Below, one piece after another: positions 14,201 through 27,600 of a DNA stretch of 64,000 nt (position 1 is the first letter of the stretch; every line of letters begins with the position of its first letter). The DNA is from Takakia lepidozioides. Its lineage: Eukaryota > Plantae > Bryophyta. The notes under the pieces were generated by a model that was not told the origin of the DNA, did not search any database, and worked only from the letters and a program-made list of their open reading frames with translations. The stretch is taken from positions 16,926,001 to 16,990,000 of the forward strand of contig CM060732.1 of NCBI GenBank assembly GCA_030704615.1, given 5' to 3'. Position numbers and translations under genes: made by a program.

Positions 14201-17200
14201 TGACTGAAGATTGAAAGGCCCTCAATGGCATACAGTACTTTATAACAATGCTGTCAGTGAATGTCTTCTTTTAAATGTATTTGTGAGCCACTTGGACTCA
14301 CAGGTGGGGCATTGTGCATCTGCGCATGACTTGGCAGAGGAGATTGGGGTGGATGTGGAGTTCAGCAACCCTCTTCAGATACCAATTGATGTCTCTTCTG
14401 TTTCTCTTGTCTGCGAGTTTGCAGAGGCCTCCTCCGATAGGGCTGGTAGGTATTATATCTATGTTTTGAATGCAATTTTGTCTAATGCCTTGATTTTACT
14501 CGTGGTTTGAGTTTTCTCTGGTTGGAACACAACATAGCAGATTTTGATTGGCACTGCCTATATGAGATTTTAGTTCCTGCCAAGAACCCTAATTACTCAA
14601 GGGTTTCAGCCAGAGACTCTCTTTCTTAAACCGCTATGATAACACTGGTGATAGCTTTGTGGTCTAGTGAATACCCCTCCCCCCCACCCAAATTGTCAAG
14701 GTCATGTCTTTGACAGACTTGAATGGAGAAAAGATCCTGGTGTTAGTCTCCTTCATGAGGGTGTATAATCCTGCACATGGAAGGTTGGAAGGCTGGCAAA
14801 GCAAATCTGAGGGTCTGTGTTTCCTTGCTCTTGATCATATGCTTGGTTACTTTTGAGGCTTGTAATCTGGTTTTTTCGCCCAAGGGTACCATTTTATTGA
14901 CCTTGACTCATCAATTTGTGGTCTGGATTTGAACATGCTAACTGTCAATTTGGGTTAGCTACTCACGCACTCAACAATATGCACCGCACGCAGCATATTC
15001 TGCTTACATTCTATTGAAGTATTGATGAGCGGAAGATGATTGCAGGGGTGACAGTCGCTGTTGAGGAAGCTGATGATGCCATGAAGGGTCTTAGCACCTC
15101 CCAGACAGGGTAAGACGGTTCTTGGAATTTTACGACCTTTGTAAGGTTTCTTAAAATTGCAGATTGGTCAAAGCTTGACAAGAAATCCAGTGTCTTAAGT
15201 ATGGATGTTGTAGAAGGTTTTGAAATTTGCTTCCTGAGATGGCCTGTGCTTATCATGTAATTTCTATTTCCAGCCTCTAAGATAGGAAGTAATGGACTGG
15301 ATTTTGGATAGGTGTTTATGTTTATCTTTGAATGATTTGCTTTCATATGGCAAGGTAGATTTGAGGACCTGGAAACCATACTCTGCTCCAAGCATCATTG
15401 TTGACCTGTTGTATGACAAGCGTTGCTCAATCTGCAGCAATTGCGACATGCTTTCTCCACCTCTTCCTCCCTCTTTAGCAAGGTCGCAACAATATGAACC
15501 AGGCAGGGCAACCCTGGTTCTCTATTAGTATTCGGAGGAGCCTCGGATATGAGCGTAAAGTGAGGGTGGCATAAAGTCAACAACATTCATGTGTGTGTAG
15601 TCTAATTAGGAGAACGCCTCCAAAGACCATTTCTCCTGTATGTTACCAACTAAGCATTGTGGAATAACTGTTGCATACAGAGAGGAACTTTGTCAGAGGC
15701 CATCCAATGATGTGGATGGCCAGTTGTCAACAGAGGAGACTGTCTTCGCATCAACTTCACCACTATCTCTTCCTGAGGAGGCTTTCTCACTGCAAGCAGG
15801 GGAGAAAGTTGTGGTAAGTCTGGCAATGTGTCGATCTGTAATATTGAGTTTTCATATGTGAGCTGTGATGTGTGCTATGTTTATGAGGTGGATATGACAT
15901 TAATATGACGTTGATAGATAGATCTCAAGCTTAAACAGCGAATGAGGGCACCTTTCTTCTTATGCTCCCCTGATTGTGCGAAGGCGTCTAGATGATCTGC
16001 AGGTGTCATTCATGGGAAGTCACACATAGCTAAAGCTTGGTGAAGTTAAACTTGCCGATGTTTCTCTTCTTTTGATCAAGGTGGATACACAAACTTGATG
16101 TTGTTCAGTTGACCTTGTGAGTGGTAGGTTCGCATGAAGGTGAAACCCATGAAGGAGGGGGTGCTTAAGGTGGTGGGCGTGAAGTGGATTTTGTCGGGTG
16201 TAGCAGCGGGACGTCGTGAGTTTGCAGTTCTAGGACCCCGCAGTAAGAAGTCTAAGAGCGGAAACCGAGATGACCCACCACCTCAGCAGCGCCTGAAGTT
16301 TAGCGTCCTCAAGGTGTGCTTTTGCTAATAATACCTTGTGTAGCATGTATTCCTCATTTGCAACGGCCTTGATCTAACCATGCATTTCATATCTTCTACC
16401 TGGTGCTTCATCTGCTTCAAATTTCTCCCACTCATATGTACAATGTTTTGCATGCATATATGTTGTTGTGTTTGAGAAGTGTTGTTCTGATGGAGGGTGG
16501 CAGCACATGCCAAGATTGGAGGTGTCATTGCATGAGCTACCAGGGAGAGTCAATACTGGGGAACTTAATCGCCTTGTGCTGGAGCTCTCAAATCCTTCAT
16601 CTGCCTCTTTAAAGGCAAAGTCCATGCGTCTTCCTCTTGTATTCTCATACTGCTTTCTGGGCTCTAGTTGCAGCCCACTTGGAAGGACGGTCGTAAGCAC
16701 ATGTAGACTAATTGAGTTAGAATCTCTTAGATTGCTTGTCCTAATATTGGTTGATGATCCGATGCACAGATGTTGCCCATGACTTGGTTTTCTGCATGGG
16801 GAAACTTACAAAGCAAGTCTTGGATTGTTGAAGTTGTGAAAATGAATGGTATAACGGGAGAGTGAATGCTGGAGGTTTGAAGGTTTTAAGTTTAAGTGGG
16901 TCTGCATTGCTCTCAGGAGGAATGCTACTTGGGTTTCTACCAGACCAGCCCCAATATTGGCATGCCTGACCTGCCCATGCGTTCAGTAACCTTAAGACTG
17001 TGCAGCTATTCTGGATATTCAGGTTAGGCCTACATGCGTTACACGTGCAAGCAGAAGAGACGTTGGTAAGTGATGTTCGTACTCTGTGACTGTTACATTT
17101 TGTGCTTTACAGATATTAAAACTGAAGACAAGCCATCCTACCTTTCTGCTCGTTGGAGAATCAGGGGATCTAGACATGGAATTTCCTAGCTGCCTAGAAG

Positions 17201-20200
17201 CTCAAGCAGGACTGGAGGGCAAGCACACGATGCAGGATACAGGGAGTGCTGAGGGGGATTCCAGCTCTGATGGCTTCATCTTCTGTTTCCCTGAGGTGTG
17301 CTGCTTCATTTCTCTGTCTGGTTGTATCGGATGGGTGCTACTTACAAAGTGTTCATCACCCTTTGACTGTGTGCTTCATCCAAGTTCCCCATGGGGTGAA
17401 CAACCATCTGTTAACATTGCTGTTTCCTGTTCATCTGTTTCATCTGCTGAGCTGCTGGCCTATTGCCAATGATAGAAATAGAGGGGAATTGCTTGTGGTT
17501 GTACTCTTAAGTAAATTTGAGAAAGAAAAGACTATGGCGGATGGACTTAAGTGGGAGATGGTGATGTAGACATGCTATGGTGGTGGCACAGGACACAGTA
17601 TTGGAGGGAGGATCAACATTGCTGTGGCCATTATGGCTACATGCAAGGCAGGCGGGCACCACCTTCATAAATACTGTTATATACTATGAATCAGACTGTG
17701 CCACTGGTCTCAAGTATCGGACAGTGCGAATGACACATACCATCCAAGTATGTATGCCCACTGTAAATTACTACTCATTTCAGGGAATAAAACTTCAACT
17801 GATTTGGTGGAGGATTTTATGATCATTTCAAAACTGGCACTCATATTCAGTTTCAGTACATGACTTCTGATTGACTCAAATTTTATTCATAACTCTCAAT
17901 GTAGCTTGACAGACATTGCCACAAAGGCTTCCTAAGAGCATTTCACCTAAAGCAGTGAATTTGGGAGGGTGAGTGTGCATGACATCAGAGTTTTCCTTTT
18001 CCCAGATTGATGCCATGGGGACAAAGTAGGTCCAATTTTTTCCTCCTGGAGCCCAGAGATACTCCAGGATTCTGACAAAGATATTGTGAGGATCAAGCAG
18101 CAAATGAGCATTGAGTGGTTTGGATTAACCACTACTTGACCTCTCTGCTAACCTAAAATTTGGTGTTCATCCACATGTTGCTAAACTACAGCAAACTCTG
18201 GGATGCAGGTGGTTCCATCATTGCATGTGTCTGTCCAAATATCTCCATCTCCTTTGCATCTCCAACAGTTTTTGTTGCGCTTGGACGTGGAGAACCAACA
18301 CTCATCAGAGAGCTTCTGGCTGCGCCAAGTGTCTTGTGCAGGGGACCGGTGGTGGTTGGCCCCCCTATTGCCACCTGTGGTAGAGCAGGAGGGTGCAAGT
18401 GGCACTGACACGGAACATGTCAGGGCGGCCTTCCTCTCTGCATCTGTGTGTCCCTCACAGCTCTTGCCTGCCAGTCAGACCTTATCTCTCTTTTTCAAAC
18501 TCCTAGTAAGCAGTCTTGACTCATTCCAAAGTTGGATCTCTTTGTTGCTGAAGTCTTTGATGTTGATCATGCGTGTACCCTGTTGCACAATGTGTTGTGG
18601 GTCAGTGCATGGTATGTCAGTACCAAGAAGTGGATCAGTCGTATGAGGCCTGCCATCATTTGTAGGGTCCCAACACAGTTGATCTGATGATGGATTCTGT
18701 AGGGGGCTCAAAACAAGGGCAAGGCAGGAGCTGAGGAGGTAACCAGCAATATAGGATTGGGGCCTCCCAGCAGCAGGGAGCCAGTCATTGACATTTCATC
18801 GGGTCCTCTCTTCCACTTCCTTGTGCGCGAAAAGTTGCATCAGCGTCGTCCCCCTCTTCCTTTCTTTCTTCAACCGAAGGTTGGTGTATGAAGATGAAAT
18901 CCCTTTAATGTTTTATTGCACAAGAACAAGAGAGTACAAAGAAGAGAGGAGGGAAAACCCCACAATGAGGTAAGAGCAAAAGACTCATGACTGTCCTGCG
19001 GTTCAATTCTGTTAATAGTTTGTAACCTTGGACATTATTTATGAAAGGTTTTTGTGGATGTGAGGCATGCACAGAAGGAAGTGGGCAGAGCTATGACAGT
19101 CATGACAAACATACCAGATGCCGGGACAGTGGATGTGGTGTTGATATCTGAGCAGCAGGAGGACATGGGTATGGCCAAGGCAGCAGTGCAGGATAGCCTT
19201 CGGATTGGAGCCCATCACGTCTGCCATTGCAGGTCTGTTGCCCTTATTTGTCCCCACAAGTAGCGGACTTAGTCAAAATGTTGGTGCAAAAACCCTTTCT
19301 GTTGGACCACATGGCCCTGGGTGCCAATGTATTTTGTTTGTGGTGTCTGTAGCACACAGCAGGATCTGCACGTTAGGTAGGAGTAAACCTAACCAAGACA
19401 ATGGCTTTCTCCTCTGATCTTTCACTCAGTTTCTAGCATTTGGAACCAGAACATCAGATCTAAGGTTTTATGATCAATTACTGTAGTAGTTCTCATTGTA
19501 TATTCAAGACAGGGACCTTGTTATTGTGTTTCACTAATGTTGTGTGGAACGTGGCAGTGTGCAGTGTGTTCAACCATTGGTCTGGGTCATGGAAGGACCC
19601 AAGTGTGTTGCTCACAATTTCTTCAATCAGCCCTTTTGTGAGGTGTCTGTAGGCCTCACTATACGGAATTGCTCCGCTTTTACTTTGTCTCTCCAAGTGG
19701 AGACTTTGGACTCAACTGCAGTCATATCTGCTCCAGATAAGCTGGCAGGATGGTCTGCACTGGGAGCCTTGTCTGCACCTGGTGACTCTGCACAGCCTGT
19801 CTCTGTGGGGAAGACTAGTACTCCCATTGTACAGGAACAGGAGCAGATGGTGAGCAGGGCAGCATGTGAGCCCTTTCTGTGGTGCAACCTGCGCTCCACC
19901 ACCCTTCATCCATTGGCTGCTGGTACCTCAGTGAAGATTCCCATCCGTGTTGCATTTTTTGCACCAGGGGTCTATGATCTCTCCAGATACAGGATAAGTT
20001 GGACACTGTTGGAACTTCAGCCAAGCCCTGCGAGTAAGCTGCCAACTGTGTCTCCAGAGCTCTCCAAAACTACGACACCCACCTTTGCGAGTGGGGGACT
20101 GTCATCAGCTGACATGATCAAGCAGACCAGCAGCTTCACTGATGCAGCCACCAGTGATGTAACTGGTGCTGGGTTAGGTCACCCTCTCTTGTTGACTGTT

Positions 20201-20218
20201 GTCCAAGTGCCTGCATAA
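2213..20218 (+). CDS. TRAPPC8: Trafficking protein particle complex III subunit 8 (TRS85 homolog), about 28 coding exons
   Basis: Spliced translation MEVPGTALAQLLRQRMSPMVMVLATP..LRPF..D|VPVRTASDQPYRL.., FSEHEALDHPVA, RKGLKNQLKNLWWRKGK, ESQIRVLADYAFMLRDY..DYKTDKAWKRYAG, LLEQAAYCYL..MLRKFGFHQVLAGNRY, VEFSNPLQIPI, C-terminal FFAPGVYDLSRY. These match plant TRAPPC8 as I recall it. Exons are bounded by GT/GC-AG sites. Stop TAA at 20216-20218. Confidence 0.93.
4632..6690 (-). mobile_element. Internally deleted, decayed RTE/RTEX-like LINE in TRAPPC8 intron 3 (antisense to host)
   Basis: 5100-5530 encodes AP-endonuclease pieces ([32 protein letters not shown]) very similar to 43170-43540. 4640-4960 matches the 3' end at 45950-46330. 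The RT is deleted. The 5' boundary is uncertain (near the GA tract at 6650-6675). Confidence 0.8.
8964..9506. mobile_element. hAT-type MITE remnant in a TRAPPC8 intron
   Basis: Terminal CAGTGTT (8964-8970) and AACACTG (9500-9506), with about 10 internal TACCAG/CTGGTA motifs. The 8-bp flanks (GCGCCTAC, GTTTGAAC) are not an intact TSD. Confidence 0.5.
10105..10330 (-). pseudogene. Possible fragment of a CACTA/EnSpm transposase-associated domain in a TRAPPC8 intron
   Basis: Minus-strand pieces across frameshifts: KSRCPCNMCHGE, IQRHLILHGRDP, DNPDSSDEEW. They resemble the CPCxxC..HL..G motif of CACTA transposase N-termini. Confidence 0.4.
12723..13067 (+). repeat. Tandem duplication, period 178 bp, intronic
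   Basis: AAACTAGTTGCTAAAATTAGTCA...CACTTGTTGTA occurs at 12723-12889 and 12901-13067 with only a few substitutions. Confidence 0.95.
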
Positions 20219-21661
20219 TTTCCTGTCAGGCTCTTATACCTTGTTTTGTTGCGGATTTGCTAAGACTTGGCTTTGTGGTAAATGGTAAGTGTTGATGAGC
20301 ATCTTCCGTGGGAAAAAAATGGGACAGAGATTGTCATTCTTGAAATGTCCAGTGGATCTTGTGGTCGGTAAGTTGGGAGACTGTGCACGAACAAAATAGG
20401 AAAAAGGCGCTGGAGCTTGCTGTGGTCCTCGAATTCGTGGCCGGCTTGTTTGTGTCAATAGTTTCAAAAAAATTCTGGGTAGTCCGACACAATTTTCTTC
20501 TGCAGTTTTGCACATTGTTGGTCACTCACATCCCACAGCTTTTAATTTGGGATCAATAGAGGGAAAGGCAACTCCAGGAGCCACCAGTCAAAGGCTGTTA
20601 GGTTGACCATGTTGTCTTGATAATTGTCCTTGCATCATGTTTAATTTTATGCCCAGTTTAATGAGAGTAGTGATTCCTGTAAGAGTTTCTTCATTGTCTT
20701 TGTCCAATATGACAAACAGCCAACATATTCACATGCCCCTTGAGCTTGGCATCATCTTGCCTTGCGACGCCACAGCTACGGCCGGCCAACCGGCCTGCTA
20801 GCATTTTATCATGTTTTGAAATGTATAGTTTATGTAGTGTCTTCAATTGACCTTTCTCAAAGACAAAGATTTTATGCTACCAAAGTGCAGTGCATCTCTT
20901 ATCTTCCATTTACAATCAGCACCTTGGTGGTCTATCTGCAAAGGTTGAAGAGTATGGACTGCCCTCACAATACATCATGGCACTCGTCCATCCGACTTTC
21001 TTAGTTCCCCCTCAGTTAGCTGCCATGCCTCGCTCAAGATTGCAAAGGGCCCCATTCTCTCATAACGGAGCAAGACCTAAGAGCATCCCCACCCTTGAGC
21101 CCGAAAGAGTCCCTGTAACGCCAATCGATCTAGGGCCCCACCTGTTGGGTTCTGTGGCGAGGCAACCCTGACTCGCGCACACCCTTGCCCCCGAATTGTC
21201 TACGCTATCACTGCGCGCCTGGAAGGGGCGTGGTCGCTGCCATGCACGCGCTAGACATGGGCACGGTCACGTTGACTTGGATTCAGGGGAATATTCGGGG
21301 CCCTGGATACGGCGCTCGGGTTCAGTGCACGGAACGATATTCAATGCCCGCTTTTCATGGGATATAGGGTTCAGTGTAAGGGTGTGGACGTTTTCCGCCA
21401 GCCTTACCCTGATATTCCGTTGGCGTGCTGGGTTCAGTGTACGGTGGGGATGCTCTAAGACGGACGGAAACTGAAACAGAAACTTGAATCCCCAATCCTC
21501 ATCCTCGGAATTGGGGATGAGCGTGATGACCACAGTTGGAGCAAAGTGGCTTTGGAGATTCAAACTTTGGCGGCAGTGCAAGGCAGGGGCTGGACTGTGC
21601 TTGCTTGCTTGCTGTGCAACAAAATCGCTCTGAGTCACTTCCATGTCTTGAGTCATCCATC

Positions 21662-24600
21662 ATGCTGCCCCTCCCCAGTGTCGCCCAACAAGGAAATCGT
21701 ACACCCTTTGATGTTGCTGAAGATCTGGAGGAAGAATCTCCAGCAGAGGGCAAGACGAAAGCCGAGAATGTGGCGGCTCTTTTACGGTTAGCAAAGCAGG
21801 AACATTCTTTGGGCTTGCATTTAGGTAATGCGTGTAGGTGGTGGGATTGTGTTTCTGACGCATTTATGCATTGCAGGGGGGACTTGGTGGTGAGCAGACA
21901 GGCTCTTCTTCCCAAAGTACTGTCGGTGTCGGATGGTGCAGCGGTGATAAGAAGGCCGTTCAAATCCCCGTGCCCCAGCAGCCCCGCAGGCTCCAATGCT
22001 GAACTCCTTCGCCGTCTTTCAGCTCGCAAGAGATTCATCCCATGGTGCTCTGTAAGGCAGCCTTTCTCGCAGCTTGAGAACTTGCCATCTGCACCTCTGC
22101 CACAATCCGAGATACCAGAAGATGCACCAGACAAAGAGCTTCCTCCAGAAGTTGAGCCTCTGGTTCTATGGCAGCCGGAGGATGTTGAGGATTCCGCGTC
22201 TGAAATTGCACGTCCCATCGTGGTTGATCCACACCTTGTGCGCTTTCTGCGGCCTCATCAAAGGTATTGTACCCAGTTCTCATTGCACTGCTATAATATA
22301 CTGAAAGCTGGTCTGGTGTACCTTCCTTTTCTTCTGCAAAAAATAATTATTCCCTTGAGAAGTAATGATGTACACTTCCCCAGATCCAACTACGAATGTC
22401 CAGGATTGGACTCAAGTGTGTCAGATACTTGGCGCTGAGAGGCGTTTAGGAACATTGAAGCTGGTGCCCTCTAAGAGCCTTCAAATTGGAGGTGCCGAGC
22501 CGGATTTAATTAGGGGCGAATTGAAATTGGGCTTCTCATTTCTGTTCTCCCCACTTCCAAATGAGTTACTCTCTCATCCCCCTTCAAGCGGGACAAGCCC
22601 GCTTACAATATTTACTGAGATTTTATGAAAGAAGCATTTGCAGATGGAATATGGATTGCAGTAACAGTATTCTGGTCTTCATGTACAGGGAAGGTGTACA
22701 GTTTATGTTCGAATGTGTGTCTGGGCTTCGTGGCCTGGCGAGTACTAGGAATGGCATCACAGACAGTGGCGGATGCATTCTGGCAGATGACATGGGGTAC
22801 AGTCTGACCTCCTTTGTATTTGCAGATGCCTACAACCATGCCTAGCGGACAAACCTCCCGCATTTTTTTAATCCCAATGTATTTTCATGTTAGGCCTGAC
22901 AGAAACGTGATTTCTGGTATTTCTGCTCAGATTGGGAAAAACATTACAGTCTATTACGCTTCTATGGACTCTTTTGCGTCAAGGCTTTGGTGGATGTCCC
23001 ATGGCGAAACGAGTTCTTGTAATCACTCCAACAAGTCTCGTCAGTAACTGGGAGTCAGAAATAACCAAGTGGCTGAGCCCTAAAACCATAAATATCCTAG
23101 CCCTGTGCGAGTCCACCCGTGCCGATGTTTTGCAGGGCATTGCCAGCTTCCTTGCACCACAGAGTTCTTATCAGGTACTCTCTGTCATAAAAAATGACTG
23201 GGGGAATGTGAATTCCTAACAGTAATCTGTCCATAGATCACTTGCTACATTTGTTACAGGTAATCCTTCCATTTGGAGCCCAATGTGTTGCTTTAGATTT
23301 GTAGGATTGCTACTGGCACTTTGAACATCAAGATAGGTTCCACTTATCTAATTGTTCTTCTACCTGGTGGTTAAATTAACCCACATTATCAAAGAATAAA
23401 GGTCGTTGCACCTCAACATCTTTTTGAGGTTGATGGTTACTTGCTTGTCTGACTAACAATACACTTTATGAGGGGTGCTGTCAGGTTCTCATTCTTTCAT
23501 ACGAGACCTTCAGATTGCACGCAGTAAGGTTTCAAAAGGAAGGAAGCTGTGATCTTCTTATCTGTGATGAAGCCCACAGGCTAAAAAATGACAAGACACT
23601 CACAAATCAGGTCTGAAAGCTTCATGCCTTGATGAATTTGTTGAAGTATACAAATGTAGAGATTGTAATGTGGGGGTTGCTGTTGGTAGCGGTCTCTTTG
23701 ATGTTTGCATTTTGTAAATTGCGTGCAGGCCCTTGCTTCTCTTCCTTGTTATCGGCGAGTGTTGTTATCTGGCACACCTATGCAGGTCTTCTTCTATACC
23801 AACTTTACTATTGTTTGTATTGCACACCATTGGTGCCTGATGACATGGACTTCTATCTATTTCAAACATGAGATAAAGTTTCCAAACCAAGCAATGAACA
23901 TCTCGACATGTCATCAGTTGATGACCTGTGCTGCAACTGTCTTGTGGTAAGTTAAAACCTTATTTGGCACCTCACTGTGGATAAGAATGTACTCATAAGA
24001 TGTTGTTTGCCGTAGCCTTGTGGCCATTGATAAGAGTCACTGTCGATAAGAGAAACAGCCAATCATTGTAACCTGTGGCTGCATTCCAGAATGATTTGGA
24101 GGAGTTCTATGCAATGGTTAATTTCACAAACCCTGGAGTCCTAGGTGATGCATCAACCTTCCGTCGACATTATGAAGTACGTACTCTTGCTGAGATTTTG
24201 AAAGATCGTTTGTGTAATTTTGCAAGGCCAATGAGCAGAAAAACTCTTGTTGGGCGCTTGTTCTATCTTGCGAAATTTTAGTGGGAGACACCAATTCTTC
24301 CATTTCTACTGTGATCCAGTATTTCAATCCACTATATTATTGCATTCCGTTCCTACTTCCTGTGCTAGGCCTGACTGCTGCATGTCTTATATCCAGACTC
24401 CTATCATTCATGGGCGTGAGCCTGATGCCAGTGATGACGCCAGAGCTTTAGGTGTAGAACGATCCGGGGAGCTTAGTGAGAAGGTCAACCAGGTGAAACC
24501 CCTGTACTTCATCCTTTCTGCAAAGATGCTATCATTGTGAATGTCAAAACATGTCAGACTTCATGATGTCCTTTGGTCTGAAGTTGCTAAAAGTCACTTA

Positions 24601-27600
24601 GCATTTCATTTAGATGCAGAGTTCATGTAAGTTTCTCAACAAGCCTCATAAAGGTTGAGATGTGTATTGCAGTTCATATTACGGCGAACAAATGCGTTAC
24701 TGTCCAATCACTTACCCCCCAAGGTCAGTTTGGGACCATTCGATTTGTTAGTAGCTGCATCGGACTGTTTAGAGCAGATTTTGATGCGTTATATTTCTGG
24801 TGAGTCTTGTTGTTATGGACGAGCCTTTATGGCTTTATTTAGACATTGTGTTGCAAGTGTCTCAATGGTTGCAGGGGGCGCATTGCAAGTGAAAGGGTTG
24901 ATTCCTCTAGATCTCAGCACCTCATAACTGTTGGCTTTAGAAGTAAACCTCATGGAGTCCATTGACAGAGAAACAGCTGACACGACTGGTTCAATTGCAA
25001 GATTGTCGTGGTTGTTTGTTGCAGGTTGACAGAGCTCCAAACTGAGCTGTATCGTCACTTTGTCAAATCAAAAAATGTGAGATCTTCAACCACATCATCC
25101 TGCTGATGGTTGCCAGGTTGATTTCTGCAGTGTTTGGGCTTGCATTCACTTGAAGCAACAGGCATGCTTCTTGTTTTTCGAGGTTAGGGGTAGTAGGAGT
25201 GGATATTTTTTACTCTTTTCTATGCAATCAAGTGCAGAAACCGTTAGCAGTTTGACACCTGGCTCACTTGCCAATTCATTTCAGGTACGGCAAGCACTGG
25301 AGGACAAGTCAAAGCGTGCACGAGTGTTGGCTTCAATTACAGCACTCAAGCAATTGTGTAACCACCCTAAAGTAACGCTTCTTCAATATCTCCTGTTTTA
25401 GGCCTAAATTTGCCAGTTGGATGAGATTAGTCCAAAAAAAAGGGGTCATGTCTTCATTTCTCAAGATTGTGGTTGACAAGATCCATTGTTGCATGCACCA
25501 CCTCAATTCATTTTCGAGCAGAAAGCATGTCATCCCTCCAGCCTGACAATTGTAGTCTGTTTTTAAGTACAGGAGCTCAGATACAACCCACTTAAGTGCT
25601 GAGTTACCAGCTCTATTGTAGAAAGTGGAGAGTTCAGATATGCAGATTTTTCATTTGCAAGTCAGAAGGTCGGCAAGAAGATGACCAAAATCATTATGTA
25701 TTGTAACTTGAATGAGAGATCTCCAAGTGAATCTTAAAGCATACCTATCAAATCCAAGTGTTAGGTTAACTCACTGAGAATCTCCTAGCTGATCAACTAC
25801 TCTATGTGTGGATTGGATTTTACATCTCCAACAGTGAATTTGGTTTTGTGCAGCTTATCTACGATACTCTTCGTGCTGGTGGCAGTGAAGCAGCAGGGTT
25901 TGAAGACTGTATGCGCTTATTCCCACAGCATATATTCTCTAGCAGGTATGAGTAGGGCTTTTCTTCAAAGGAGTAATATGGCCTGCAACTGCCATCCTTA
26001 GTAAAGATCATGTAGCACCGCATCACTCTTGTATCACTTTATGGTTCTTATTTCAATTATGAAGTGAATAATGACTAAAAAACATGGTGGGATTTCTTGG
26101 TGTCCAGGGTGGGTTCATGGACAGGGGCAGATGGGACCTGGATTGAGCTATCTGGAAAGATGGCAGTTTTGGCTCGCTTGCTGGCCAACCTGCGCAAAAA
26201 TACTAATGACCGGATAGTCCTCGTCTCAAACTACACACAGGTCCTGTCTGGTTACCTGTCCTTACCACCAAAATGCCTGTTTTCAGTGGTATGATGCGTA
26301 AATATAGAGTAGCTATTGCATTTAAACAATGCTTCAGGAATCATACATATGTGTGTGTGTGTGTGTGTGTGCTTGTGTTTGTGCTCATTGTTGACCTCTA
26401 CAATTAATTTCCGGGTGGTCTGCACAGCAGACATTGGACTTATTTGCTCAGATATGCCGTGAGAGAAATTACCCGTATGTACGGCTTGATGGGACCCCCT
26501 CTACCAGCAAAAGGCAAAAACTGGTTCAGAGGTTTAATGACCCTAGTATGGTAAGATTTCTTTCCCAAGTGGACATGAGCTTGTATGGACAGCTTTTGGT
26601 AAAGCAAAGACAACAGCTCCATGCTGACTTTTTCTACTTGTTTTTACTTAGAAGCCATTATGCAGGCACTGAATGCATCTGTCCAAACTTGGCCCCTGTA
26701 TGCTGGACCACGTGTATGTAATGAGATACCGAGAGGGTTGAAAGCTCAAGTTCAGTGATCCTTGAGTATCTCATATTGTGCAGAAAGAATTTGCTTTCCT
26801 GCTAAGCAGCAAAGCTGGAGGCTGTGGGTTGAACTTGATTGGCGGTAATCGATTGGTGTTATTTGATCCTGACTGGAATCCTGCCACTGATAAGCAGGTT
26901 AGTGGGTATTTCTTATCTTTTCACTTGCCACTGACTTAGACAGATCTGTACAATCTTGCCTTAGTCGTGAGTTCATTGTGGCAAGACCTTTTTTCTCTTT
27001 TAAATATGCGACCATGGTAACTGTACATTGCCCCAGACCATGTATGCATGTGCCTGTTGCTTTTAGCACCCACCTCATCTCTTAAATGTCTTATGGTTTC
27101 ACAACTCCAGGCTGCAGCGAGGGTGTGGAGAGATGGGCAGAAGAAGAGGGTATATGTGTACAGGTTTTTGGCCACTGGGACAATTGAAGAGAAGGTGACT
27201 GCTCTACGACTTTTGAAGATACATCTGTTGTTACCATATGTAGTATCAGGGGCAACCTGTGCAGGCTGATCTCCCGAGGAAATTAAGTTAACTCTCTGTC
27301 AGCACTCTTCAAATGCAGGAAGAACTAATCTGATCATGCAGGGTATATTGTGCAGGTATACCAGCGTCAAATGTCTAAAGAGGGGCTTCAGAAGGTGGTT
27401 GATAAGGAACAGGCAAACGATTCCAGATGTCAGGTTTGTGATCCTCTTGTGGATAGATTGTATCTGTCGGTTCCTCTAGACCTGCATTCTGGTATGACAA
27501 ACCTCTGGAGACATGCAGTTGGCTCAGGCCTTCAATCTTTCCTGGGCACTGTTGCTATGGGTGCAGGTTAATGTACTTTCAACAGAGGATCTGAGGGACC

